A stretch of DNA of 64,000 nt, taken from NCBI RefSeq assembly GCF_006345805.1, contig NC_043005.1, forward strand, positions 46,624,001 to 46,688,000. Reading direction: 5' to 3'. The notes under the pieces are model-generated. The model did not search any database and was not told the origin of the DNA. It was given only the letters and a program-made list of their open reading frames with translations. Below are positions 1-11,866 of this stretch, one piece after another. The first letter of the stretch is position 1. Every line of letters starts with the position of its first letter. Position numbers and translations under genes: made by a program. Source of the stretch: Octopus sinensis (lineage: Eukaryota).

Positions 1-240
1 ATAACAGTCGGTTAAGGTGACTTGTGGACGCCGATCCTGGTCCTCATAAACATAATCTAGCAGGCTTCCATAGTCGGTGGTGGGTTTTTGCACTCTTTGG
101 TCGAACTCAAACTGGTTTATAGTTGTCAAGATCTCATGATTAGGGTAATCAAGGAGATCCACATTGAAATCACCAAGGACGATGGTCAGATGATTCCTTG
201 GCAAAGATAAAAGAGGTATCTGTCTACTTACGAAACTAAA
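1..240 (-). mobile_element. AP-endonuclease (EEP) domain fragment, most like the C-terminal endonuclease of Helentron-type Helitrons; runs off the window edge
   Basis: Open frame 240->1 reads FSFVSRQIPLLSLPRNHLTIVLGDFNVDLLDYPNHEILTTINQFEFDQRVQKPTTDYGSLLDYVYEDQDRRPQVTLTDCY, with EEP motifs GDFN and PTT..GSLLD.VY and SDH expected just beyond base 1. A degraded upstream part (TYGGVAV, about 355-385) has stops and frameshifts. Confidence 0.75.
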
Positions 241-589
241 CTTACCTGCCTTACCTTCTTTACATCCCTATGTGGTCAGGATAGTATCAATCATCCCTCA
301 GGAGTCCATAGATACGCAAGTAAAATTACTAACAGAAAAACGAAAATAACACTTCGGAAACAGCAACGCCACCATAGGTTACGTGGAACCGATGAACGTG
401 TTTTCAAGGGAGATAATCAAAGAACATAACTAATACTTCATGTAAAGTAAATATAACAAATGAAAAATCCTTCAAGAATCCATAAAAATTCCCGTGTTAC
501 TAACAAAATTTCATCATCTGTTCCTTGTGTTATTACCAACTTTTGCTGCAAGTTTCATCAAATACCGTTCACATATATATTTGTATCAC

Positions 590-780
590 TCCGTCGATTA
601 CGAATACGAAAAGGTTCCAGTTGATCCGATCAACGAAACAGCCTGCTCGTGACATTAACGTGCAAGTGGCTGAGCACTCCACAGACACACATACCATTAA
701 CGTAGTTCTCGAGGAGATTCAGCGTGACACAGAGTGTGACAAGGCTGGCCCTTTGAAATACAGGTACAACAGAAATAGGA
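590..780 (-). mobile_element. 3' part of a tRNA-derived CORE-like SINE (same family as 21625-21948)
   Basis: Shares gttccagttgatccgatcaac...gtgacaaggctggccctttgaaatac with 21625-21810. Confidence 0.7.
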
Positions 781-962
781 AGAAAGAGTGAGAGAAAGTT
801 GTGGTGAAAGAGTACAGCAGGGTTCTCCACCACCCCCTGCCGGAGCATAGTGGATCTTTTTAGGTGTTTTCGCTTAATAAACACTCACAACGCCCGGTCT
901 GGGAATCGAAACCGCGGGCCCTACGACCGCCAGTCTACTACCCTAAACACTGGGCCATTGAG
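781..962 (-). mobile_element. SINE with tRNA(Arg)-like head (same family as 59655-59965)
   Basis: Minus-strand head aggctcaatggcccagtgtttagggtag...gcggtttcgattcccagaccggg has A/B-box-like elements; the body matches 59770-59965. Confidence 0.75.
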
Positions 963-1325
963 CCTACACACACACACACGCACATGTATTTTGCGTGCGT
1001 GTGTTTGTGTGTGCGTGCGTTTCTGTTTGTGTTAGAATCCTTACTCTTAGACAACCGATATTGGTTTGTTTACGTTACCACAAATTAGTAGTTCGGCAAA
1101 AAGTAATAAACAAAGATAGATGCAATAAATGGCGTCTTTATCACAATTGTTTATCAAGACATCACTATTTCCCTACTTCTTATCATGCATCTATTGAGCA
1201 AACACTTAGGAACTCCTTCGGTTGCACGGCATTTTTTAGCATCGTTGTGAAGCCCCGGGTAATCCTTTACAAACGTATGACTCAAAAAATTCCAATCTTG
1301 AGAAGTGAAGGTAAAGTTACCTCAT

Positions 1326-1560
1326 CGAGTCATGCCGGCTCATAAGGGTCGGTTTCCCGGTTTCTATGGCGTATAAATTCCCCACCTGACCGGGACGCTG
1401 GTCCATCGCATCGTTACTCATTTTTGCCAGCTGAGTGGACTGGAGCAACGTGAAATGAAGTGCTCTGCTCAAGAACACAACACGTCGCTCAGTCCAGAAA
1501 TCGAAACCACAACTTTATGCTCGTTAATCCAACAACTACTAAGTCACGCGCCTCCACCAC
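1326..1560 (-). mobile_element. tRNA-derived CORE-like SINE
   Basis: tRNA-like head plus the block actcatttttgccagctgagtggactggagcaacgtgaaatgaagtg shared with 13500-13640 and 21810-21948. Confidence 0.65.
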
Positions 1561-1714
1561 CTCAGTTTTAAGGGTACCTAAAACAACATTATGTCATATA
1601 TCTTTTCTTTATTTAGAACGGTACGATATGTTTTGCGAGATATTTGGCTGCTATTTCTAGCAGGTCATGACTATGACATAGAAGCTACTTAGGGTGCTGG
1701 CGCCGTCTGCTGTT

Positions 1715-1812
1715 GTTATTTAGTTCTTGGTCAGCACTGATCGGGCAGACCTGTGATCAAATGCTTTCCTGTTGTGACTATCTCATCAATTTCCTCTGTT
1801 CAACGCCTTAAA

Positions 1813-1844
<32 letters not shown>

Positions 1845-2105
1845 GAAGATACAGTGTGATTTCGGAGAGATTTAGCTATTTTTCATGAGCTGAGCAACCA
1901 CGAACAAGCTTCACCTTCGTTGTTGTTTTTTTAGTCTTTGGTTAGCACTGATCGAGCAGACTTATAATCAAAAGCTTTTCTGCAAAGATTATTCCATCAT
2001 TCTTCGATATTCACAACGCTTCTGTTTTAAAGGCGTGACGCTGTGGTTTGAGAGTGATTTAACTGGTATTTCTATAAAGCTGAGTGGTCACGTAGAGACT
2101 TCTCT
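1715..2105. repeat. Two adjacent copies of an unclassified dispersed repeat
   Basis: ttggtcagcactgatcgggcagacctgtgatcaaa at about 1727 and ttggttagcactgatcgagcagacttataatcaaa at about 1938; similar text at about 16370 and 58100. Confidence 0.55.
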
Positions 2106-2893
2106 TTGGCTCGGGTGACATAAAAGTATTTGTCACTTCCGGATTGTGGGTAATTTCACTCTTAGACCTCCTATGTAGGTCATGTTAGACTTGTTCTCCA
2201 ATTAAGTATCTCGGACTTTGTTCGCACGCTACTGACGTCACCCATCAAACCACGTGAACATTTTCTAACTTTCTAAAAACATTAAAACATCGCAGATGTG
2301 TCCATTTTGGAGACAGCATCAACATTCATTCAAAAGTGAAGCATGGAAGTGTGCATGCATCTACTTAGGTATATGTAAATGCATGTGCCGCCGTGTATGT
2401 GTGTGTGTGTCTTTTGTCCAACAACATTTTCATAATTTGAACTTCTGACATGTTGTTGCATTTTACGATAACGAGCGAGGAAGTAAATCAACTTGACCAA
2501 AGAACATTGGTAACAAAACAATTCCTTTGAGTGACAGGTCACGTGATACGCTTTGTCATATTCAACAACGTCACATATATTTATATATTTTTTTTTCTAT
2601 CTTATGGTCTGTCAAAGTTATTTCTCTTGCAGGATATACTATCATTCAAGCCAAACTGGACATACAATCATAAACACAGGCACACATTCACACAAACATA
2701 CATTCATACCTACCTACATACATACATGCATGCATACATACATGCATGCATACATACATGCATGTATACATAAATGCATGCATACATACATGCATACATA
2801 TATAGTAAACATGCGCGCGATGTCTATATGTTTGTCTATCTATCTATCTGTATGAATGTGTGTGTGCGTATACACATATACATACATACATAC

Positions 2894-2953
<60 letters not shown>

Positions 2954-3235
2954 ACATACATACACATAATATAATATAATATACATATGCATATATGTAT
3001 TAGTGCGGCGAGGTAGTAGAATCGTTTGCCCTTTGGGAAGAATGTTTAACGGCATTTCGGCCGTCTTTATGTTCAGAGTTCAAATTTCACCAAGTTCGAC
3101 TTCCCCTTTCATCCTTTAGGGGCCAATAAAATAAATACTCGGATCGATCTAATCAACTTACTCTCTCTCTCGAAATTACGAACCCAGTGACAAAATTTGA
3201 AATATGTATATATATATAGCGAGAGAGAGAGATGC

Positions 3236-3271
<36 letters not shown>

Positions 3272-3607
3272 ATCTTTTATCTAGTACTGGTTTTAGCCAG
3301 AGGCTGAGGCCATGTTGCGTTCTGCGTATTTTTCTTCTGTACCGTTTCTGGTGGAGTAGCGAGCTGGGTGGAGGTGCTCTTCTTTGTGTTTCCCGCCTCA
3401 ATGTGTTTTCATCTGGTATCTCAAATAAAGATTTGTCCAGACGCTCTTTGAGGACATCCACATCTACACCTCGCAAATCTGAGGTTGTTTGATAGAACGT
3501 TGAATGATATATATATATATATATATATATACAGACACACACACACACAATAATAAATCTCTGAGCGAGCTGTAAACAATAGCAGCATGACATCGTGAAG
3601 TTTTTTC

Positions 3608-3953
3608 CCACCTAAATGTGGCTGACCCATAGGGGACGATGCTACTGTTGTTTATAGCCCCAGGAAGACATCTGCCTCCAGCTGGCTAATGACACGATGT
3701 CTGTGTCGGATCAGTATTTGCGAAGGGTAATCATCGTTTCCATCTCTAGCCTTACGTGATACATACGTACCCGGGTTTCTGAGTAGTAGCCCGTCATCAA
3801 TACGAAACCCGGGTCCGTGTGTATCATGACAGGCTAGAAATAGGAACGATGATTTTCCTTCGCAAATACTGATTAGATACAGTGTGTCATTAGCCAGCTG
3901 GAGGAGATGTTTTCCTGGGGCTATAAACCTATGGGTCAGCCACTTTTAGGTGG
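3608..3953. mobile_element. Foldback/MITE-like element with long imperfect inverted arms
   Basis: ccacctaaatgtggctgacccatagg pairs with cctatgggtcagccacttttaggtgg. Internal blocks (ccagctggctaatgacac, tcagtatttgcgaagg, acccgggtttc) all have inverted partners around a short central spacer. Confidence 0.85.
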
Positions 3954-3968
3954 CAAATATACTTCACG

Positions 3969-4074
<106 letters not shown>

Positions 4075-4769
4075 CAGAGTTCCGATAATATTCTGTCTAA
4101 TGACATAATGTAATAGGGACATACATTAAGTACTAAAATGTTCTACTCAGGATCACCCTCAATTTTTTCCTCTCTGAAGATGGGCTAGACCGTTACTGTA
4201 AGGACACCTTATCTTCACGTGTAAGGGAAATGCACAACATGTGCATCTATTCCGGAAACAGCGGTAAGAGACTGCACACCTTATTTCCTTATTTCTTAAA
4301 AATTACTCTATTGTAACAACTCACTATTTATGTTTAATTACATAAAATGCCATGGCCCAAACGCAGTGGTTCGGAAACTTTTTCAGGCTTCCTGCTGCTT
4401 GCCACTCTCTCCATATTCACCATATAAATACCTTAGATTTGAAATCTAATTTCAAATCTAAGGCAATTGTATTTCACAAATAAAACTTAACCAAATTAAC
4501 CCATTATTTTGGGTTTTTTCTTTTACACCCTTCACCCCTTTTTAGCTACTCCAATTGGATCGTTCTACCGCTTCCAGGGGGCGGTACTGCTCACTTTGGA
4601 GACCACAGATCTTAACCGATACCAGTTGTTTCCCTGCTGATGCATTCATTCTACTGTACACACACATACGTATATATATATATGCATACATATATATGAT
4701 ATAAATACATACACACTCATATACGGTCACACACACACACATACATACACACACATATATATATATATA

Positions 4770-4968
4770 GGAAGAGTTTACGAAAAAAACAAAAGACGAA
4801 GACAGGTGGTGTACAAAACAAACAGATGTATTAGTATAACGCTCAGGAATAGAAAAAGTCTTTTACGTTTCGAGCCTACGCTTTCCTACAGAAAGGGACA
4901 CAGAAAAAACAAGGAGAGAAACAAGAAGAGAAAAAAATGTTTGTAGTGGCTAACGATCTATCGTGGTT
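4770..4968 (-). repeat. Dispersed repeat (second copy 40615-40800) carrying a hammerhead-like fold with variant core
   Basis: The two copies align over about 190 bp; minus strand cttt-CTGTAGG-a-aagc-gtag-gctc-GAA-ACGT-A-aaag at 4860-4895. Confidence 0.7.
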
Positions 4969-5473
4969 TGTAATAATGTATATGTGAATGTTTAAATGTA
5001 TGCGTATATACATGAGTCTCTCTCTCTCTATATATATATATGTATCGATCTCCAAAGCGGAGCAAGAGCACTCAATACATACAGCTGAGTTTCTTTATTC
5101 GTACCAGGCCCTTTAATGATTCATTCTGTCGCTATCCAGTGTTACGCAATTTGGTGTGTCGTTTATGACGGTAAACATATAAATCCATATTTTATGGCAA
5201 CTCCCGCTCCGCTTTTCCCCCATCTTTATGTATGTATGTATGCATGTATGTATGCATTTATGTATGTATGTATGTATTTATGTATGTATGTATGTGTGTA
5301 TGTATGCATGTATGTATGTATATATGTATGTATGCACATGTGTACGTGAGTATGTGTGCGTGTGTGTCTGTCACTCGTTTGCTCTTAATGTGTACGCTCT
5401 CCAGACAAATCTATAAGTTCGTACATACATATATATGTATGTATATACATATATATGTATGCATGTATAAAAT

Positions 5474-5504
<31 letters not shown>

Positions 5505-6596
5505 TATATATTATACATGCATACATATATGTATATGTGTATATATATACACATAAATACAGATATATACATATATGTACATATATATATATGTGTATAT
5601 ATAATGCCTGTATAGTTATGTTTGTATACATGTATACATGTTTATGTGTATTTATGTAAACACACACACACACACGTATATATATATATATACATACACA
5701 GACGCATACACACACATATATGCATACATATGTGTGTGTGCATGTGTGTATGCGATTTTTGTGTTTTGATGTTTTCAATATTTTGTTTATTGGTTTGCTT
5801 GTGTTTATTTTTTTTTTTTTGGTCTTGATTATTATATACAAATTCGATCATTAAATACTTGTGTTTCTATTGATTTATAATTTGTCCACGGAACAAGTGA
5901 GACAGTCATAAACATATATTAGTCCTGTTTTATTCATTTTTTAGTGACGGGGCATAAAACAGAGCTCTAAAACACGAAATGAAACATTTACTGCTTTCAA
6001 ATGAAAACATTTCTGTTTTACTTTGAAGTTGAAAAATATTGGAATTTATATACTTCTGTACTTAGCAGGCGTCATTCGATTATCATTGACTTCGATGGAC
6101 TTATAAAATAATCTATAATAGATAAAGTATTCAAATAAATTGAAAATAACATTAAAAAGATGGCTAATTTTTCTGTCGAATTCTGTTTTAAGTAGCTGGC
6201 TTTTTGAAATTACTGGCGTTCTGATACTTTTGGAAGTTTAATATCAAACGTTATTGCTTTTTATAATTCAGTCCGAGAAGTAAAAATGGCGTTAAACCTT
6301 GCATGCGTCTTTTCACACTGTTACCATCGATACTGTTGATATTTAGTAGAAAACTTCTGTCAATATTTTGGAGAAAATTATGAAGCAAGAGATATTTTCA
6401 GTGAGCAGCAAGCAACAGCTCTGAGACTGGTGAGTGTCCATTTTCATGCATTTTTCTATGTGGGTTAGTGTCGTCAACTTGTTTATTACAGTTACAAATT
6501 TCGGCTGTTCCACTTTCTATCCTATTTTGGTATCTGCTGCCTTCAGGAACATTCTTAGAATCTCAGATCAGTCACTTCCTTATATCATCACATATT

Positions 6597-6816
6597 CGAA
6601 GGAGTGTTAAAAAGTTCCTGACTACGAGTAAAAGAAAATACAGGAGGATCGGTTAATCATTAATATCTTATTCAACATATTCCCATCTCAGATTTACACA
6701 CTTGTTGCAGTGGCCCTAGAGTTTTTCTAAGCCTTGTAAAAGAACTCAGAAGGCTGGTCCTCAAACCAGGCCTTTCGCGATATCCTTAGAGCCAGGAACT
6801 TTTCAGCACCTCCGCG
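6597..6816. mobile_element. Mariner-type MITE
   Basis: Imperfect TIRs: cgaaggagtgttaaaaagttcctgact versus reverse complement of the right end cgcggaggtgctgaaaagttcctggct; no ORF. Confidence 0.65.
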
Positions 6817-7654
6817 TTGATTTTTCTCATTTCATTGTCCAATTAAGGATGTTCTTTTTTTGAGTTATTCTACTTTTGATATCATTTTCTCAGGCCGTTT
6901 GAATTAGGGTAAATATTTTGCTTGACTGAACCAGAAATTGAACACACACTTATAGCTTAGTACGATAAATAGCACTTGATACATAATCAACGCTTATACT
7001 CATTATATAAGTCAAGTATGACAGTTATATAATAGACCTTAAAATCTTTAACAAGAAAAGGTGAAATGATTGTCGGTCTGTACAATTCTGGACAGTATTC
7101 AAACACCTGTCTATCTGTCGAGGACATTTCTCCCGAATAATGTTCCGATCTGAAGAGATCATGTCCTAATATCTGAGTGATTTACAACTCCGAAAGAAAT
7201 GTTATAGTAAATATAATGTCGAGATCATCTGTCCCTTAAAAGAAAGGCTAGAAAAATATGGATGAAACGAAGTTTTGGAGGAAACAGAAAGCAAAATTAA
7301 GCATAGCTGACTATCTGGGAACGGCAAAGCGAAGCCACTAACCCTCGTAGAAGAAATTTGTGTTAGATAACGCGAGAACATAACTGAAAGAATTAAGGCT
7401 TATATTGGGCTTTGATAGCTCCACCAGTAGGCTTGTTATAGAGATAATATTTAACTACGAAATGAAAAGCATTAAACCTATGACCGTAAAAATATTTAGG
7501 TTGAAGTAAATGTTCAGTGATGTAGTGAGTAGAAGTCTTTAGTGTTAATTGTAGTAATTTGGTTAGTAAGTGTGGGTTCAGTCCCTGAGGCAGTCACAAC
7601 AATATACTCGAGTTAAAGCAAGACAACGCCATCTCAAGTAGGGGAATAATTAAT

Positions 7655-7835
7655 TGGCTTCAAAATTTGGCACAATGCCAGCAATTTTGTGTGAGGGGTA
7701 AGTCAATTACATCGACCTCACTGCTTAACTGATACTTAGTTTATTGACTCCGAAAAGATGAAAGGCAAAGTCGACCACGGTGGTATTTAAACTCAGAACG
7801 TGAAGATGGACAAAATGGTGCAAAGTATTTTCCGC
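7655..7835 (-). mobile_element. Degenerate copy of the dominant SINE (family A)
   Basis: Contains gatgaaaggcaaagtcgac...aactcagaacgt, the reverse complement of the family A core. Confidence 0.7.
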
Positions 7836-9085
7836 GGCATTAGGGGAATAACGAAGAAGATATACCTGCTGTGGACAGAAACTGAATGAGAACCATCAAC
7901 ACTCGTAGATTTCAAATGTTTGGTTGGAAATTATGAAGACGTTACCGAATGCAAGTCATCTGAAGGCCAAAATGATGTATCTATAGCTAGTGAAACTATA
8001 TCTACTGAAACGATCTGTCTATAACGGCAAAAATGTCTATAATTAGTCCGAACAATGATATATAGGTGTTATGCATTAGTAAGTTATGTGTTATATGCAT
8101 GATATTTATATTTATATTAAATACATTTATATCATATGTACATTATCTTTGTGTGTGGTGTGTGTGTGCATCTGCAGTTGAATAAAATTTTTCTGTAGTC
8201 TATTTGCAATGCAAAAACATTTTTCTATATCATATCATGATATATTTGCCGTATAGACTATTTGTTATGTAACGTATTTGTTATAGTCAGCCGGTATTGA
8301 TGACAGATAAGCTGTGAATGAATTCTGATTACGTATTTGCTTAGACACTTGGATTATCATCGAAATTTAAGAATGAGACGGATTGCACAATAACAAGAAA
8401 GTTGCTTTGATTTTGATTTGAAATGACTTATCGCTCATCTTAGCTGAATTTGGTATAAGATAGATGGCATTCTGTTATCTTTCAGCAACGCCGTTCCGGA
8501 AAGCACAATGGTTTGACATATATCCCGTGAAGGTCATGCAACGTCGCTATCGCCTTTGTCATCTCTATAATAATAGTAATAATATTTTAGAACTTTAACA
8601 CAAGGACACACATTATTGTAGGAGGAACGTCGATCATATCAACCATTGTGCTTTACTGGTACTCTGTTTTACCAACAGTGACCTAAAACATAACAGGTAA
8701 AAAAATTTTTTTATCTACGGCGACACTAGTACAGCGTTTTATTGACGCTGGGAAGAGGAAAGGGCAAATTAATTCAGGCCTGATTTGTAAGCAGACCATA
8801 ACGGCAAGTAACTCAATATCAAACAGTATTTTCTCCAACAACCGGTCCAAAATATCAGTGACTGCGAGACAAAAACATTATTTTATCGAAGCAGAAAAGA
8901 AGAAAGACCAAATTAGTTCAAGCGAGACAAATCCTATGTGATATTTTGTCCAACAAGCAATCAAAAAACACCGTGGCCACGAGTCTCTTTTCAGTTTGAA
9001 CAGGGATGTTTCGTTTCGCGTGTTTTGGAAGCACGTGTGTATTCACGCACAAAAGTACGTGCGCGCACAAACATGCGCACACACG

Positions 9086-9130
<45 letters not shown>

Positions 9131-9251
9131 ACATACACACAATCAAAGATATATATGTTGGGATACATAGGTAAAATTATGAGGGCACGCAAGCAGAATA
9201 TATGCGAGTTAAGGACAAAACATTATGCTTCGTGTTAGCATAATAGGAAAG

Positions 9252-9853
9252 AAGGTAATTTTTTTTATTTTTCATTCCCTTCGAAATTGCTCTTAAATGT
9301 GGTTTCAGTGGTTTTGACTGCTTCTTCTAGCGTGTAAAACTACCTATTAAAAGGTAGCTTCTCTTGTGTTTAAATGTACACTATTTTATATTGAGTATAT
9401 GTTGTCTATAGACTTTTTATACATGCTAGGCCACTGGTAGTGAAATTTCTAAAAATATTCGCTACCGTATATATTTTACGTATATGATTTTAGCTTCTTG
9501 AAGATCAGTTCGGCATTTTTCATTTACTGTCGACTAAAACTGCGCTTGAGCGGTGAATTTGAAAAATTATAACATATAATGATGAACCACGTGTTATTTG
9601 TCTCTAAATTATATGTTAAAGTTAGGGCCCGGTTACTGATGAGATTTTCGTCTGGCAAATTATTTTATTTGCTAAAAAAAACTTGAAATCAATGTATAAC
9701 CGTAAAAAAATAATAAGGTAAAAGTTTTTATTTTTCATTCCCTTCGAAATTGCTCTTATATGTGGCTTCTGTCGTTTTGACTGTTTCTTCTAGCGTGTAA
9801 AATTACCTGTTAAAAGGTAGTTTCTCTTGTGTTTAAATGTACACTATTTTATA
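9252..9853 (+). repeat. 463-bp-period direct repeat (139-bp copies at 9252-9390 and 9715-9853) enclosing a hammerhead-like motif
   Basis: The copies align closely from aaggta...tttttcattcccttcgaaattgctctta to aaatgtacactattttata. Confidence 0.85.
9630..9702 (+). ncRNA. Type-I hammerhead ribozyme-like motif, partly degenerate
   Basis: cggtta-CTGATGA-[stem II with gcaaat/atttgc hairpin]-GAAA-tcaat-GTA-taaccg: 6-bp stem I and complete core, imperfect stem III. Confidence 0.6.
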
Positions 9854-9869
9854 TGTATATATACACATA

Positions 9870-9907
<38 letters not shown>

Positions 9908-10202
9908 TATATATATGTATGTATATATATATGTAAGTATGTATGTACGTATGTATATATATATATATATATATGCATATACATGTGCATATACATATAT
10001 ACATATACGTGTCTGTGTATGTATATGTTATCAACCGTATATATGTATTAATATATAAATATGTATATATATGTATATATATGTATATATATATATCCAC
10101 ACACACATATATACATATATATGTATATACATATGTATGTATATATATATAAACAAACATATGTATATATACATACATACGCATTGTCAAATTGATGTGG
10201 AG

Positions 10203-10241
10203 ACCTCTGATGAGAACCCAAGAAAGTTCAAAAATTAAGGT
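10203..10241 (+). ncRNA. Minimal type-I hammerhead remnant (G12 mutated to A)
   Basis: acct-CTGATGA-gaac-ccaagaaa-gttc-AAA-AATT-A-aggt. Stems I and II are perfect and stem III is the palindrome AATT; the G12A change fits CpG decay of gttcgaaa. Confidence 0.6.
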
Positions 10242-10399
10242 TGTTCATCATTTTTTCAGACTACGAAGAAATGGTTAAAATTTGCCCTGTTTATAAATAT
10301 ACCATATGTTCACGTATATATTATACCATATATGTTGTTACTATGTGGACTAAGATCCCCGTTGAGAGGCCGCTGGTATTTATGGCGTGTTAAACAGTT

Positions 10400-10872
10400 T
10401 CGGTATGCAGATTAGGGATTGTTACCGGACATAGGGTCCTCCAGCAGCGACCTCCTTGATTCAGGGCAGCACTACCACCTCCAAGCCCTTGATGTAGGCC
10501 GCCATGTTGAGTCTGAGTCCGTGATTAAAGATGAATGGAGGCATAAGGTCACCATCACTAGTGATCACTCCAAAAACCGTGATGTTGATGGATTTTTATC
10601 ACTCTCCGTACATGTCCTCAGATTGCACTTTGCTCAGATTGACACCCAAACACTCTGAAACGTCCGTACTGGAGCTTCCGGTGCAAATGCCAAGCAGTAC
10701 AGCATGTCGTTTCCAAATTTCTAGCAGAGTGAATCGCGTCATAATGTTGTTTTCCTGAGAAAGGGTGCCCAAATGACACCAATATACTGTGTAATCATCC
10801 AAATAAAAAACAAACAAGTGCTTGCGCGAAGTTAAAAATATAAAATGGTGACAATTTACCTATCGCACTCTG
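10400..10872 (-). mobile_element. Internally deleted maT (DD37D-type) Tc1/mariner transposon
   Basis: N-terminus MTRFTLLEIWKRHAVLLGICTGSSSTDVSECLGVNL is joined directly to NITVFGVITSDGDLMPPFIFNHGLRLNMAAYIKGLEVVVLP*IKEVAAGGPYV. TIR-like end TA|cagagtgcgataggtaaattgtcacc at 10872. Confidence 0.8.
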
Positions 10873-10924
10873 TATATACATATAAACATACATACACACA
10901 CACACACACGCACGCACGCACGCA

Positions 10925-10957
<33 letters not shown>

Positions 10958-10974
10958 CACACACACACACCACA

Positions 10975-11025
<51 letters not shown>

Positions 11026-11088
11026 GAGGAGAGAGCGAGCTAAATAAAAAAATGGAGTTGGACGCGGGTGTTATTCAAATCTTTAGAC

Positions 11089-11161
11089 TTCCGACATATG
11101 TTTCGAAGAAAACATACATATTATTGCAGATGTAAAACAATGCGATCTTCTCGTCAGGGAA
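11089..11161 (-). ncRNA. Canonical minimal type-I hammerhead ribozyme (GUC cleavage site)
   Basis: ttcc-CTGACGA-gaaga...tcttc-GAA-ACATATGT-C-ggaa: 4-bp stem I, 5-bp stem II closed by G10.1-C11.1, palindromic stem III, all core nucleotides present. Confidence 0.85.
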
Positions 11162-11706
11162 AAAAGAGAAAGAAAACACATCAATAAGCCATTTTAACCG
11201 AATGTGATGACTGCGTATGTGATGAAGAGAATGTTAGCAAGTTATTCAAAAACGAAAACCGTTAGCATATTTAACGTTAAATACAACATGGTAAACAATT
11301 TAATTTGGAATGAAATGTTATATCAAGGTCCTTTCCATATGAGAAAGGTAGATCTTTTTGTCCGCTCTGTAACGAAGAACTCTATCTCATCCTGTTCTCA
11401 GAGAATTCTCTTGTAAACATGTTTAAAGAACGCGTTTATCGTTGCAAACATTGGCAAAAACATAACTTTAGTTCCTATATGTAATTTCTAGCAATCTATA
11501 AAAGTCGGCCTTTAACTGTCTTCTTACGTTATTTCCACTAAATATATCTATTTCCACGCCTTTAAGCTTTATTCCCATTCATCTATCGCACTCCATTTCT
11601 CCCCTCTTGGTTTTCTGTTAATTTCTTTCTTTTTCCCTCTCTTTCTCTAAACAACAAAACCAAAGATGACAAAAGAAATTCTTGCAGAATCATATACTCA
11701 TATACT

Positions 11707-11866
<160 letters not shown>

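Noticed and set aside
2233-2256. TGACGTCA (CRE) next to CACGTG (E-box)
   Set aside because: Short motifs expected by chance in 64 kb; no independent promoter evidence.
4169-4230. CTGAAGA with nearby cacgtgta and inverted repeats
   Set aside because: No GAAA in register; too degenerate to support.
6402-6429. 28-nt AG...GTGAGT micro-exon-like segment
   Set aside because: Weak polypyrimidine tract, not a multiple of 3, and no supporting neighbours.
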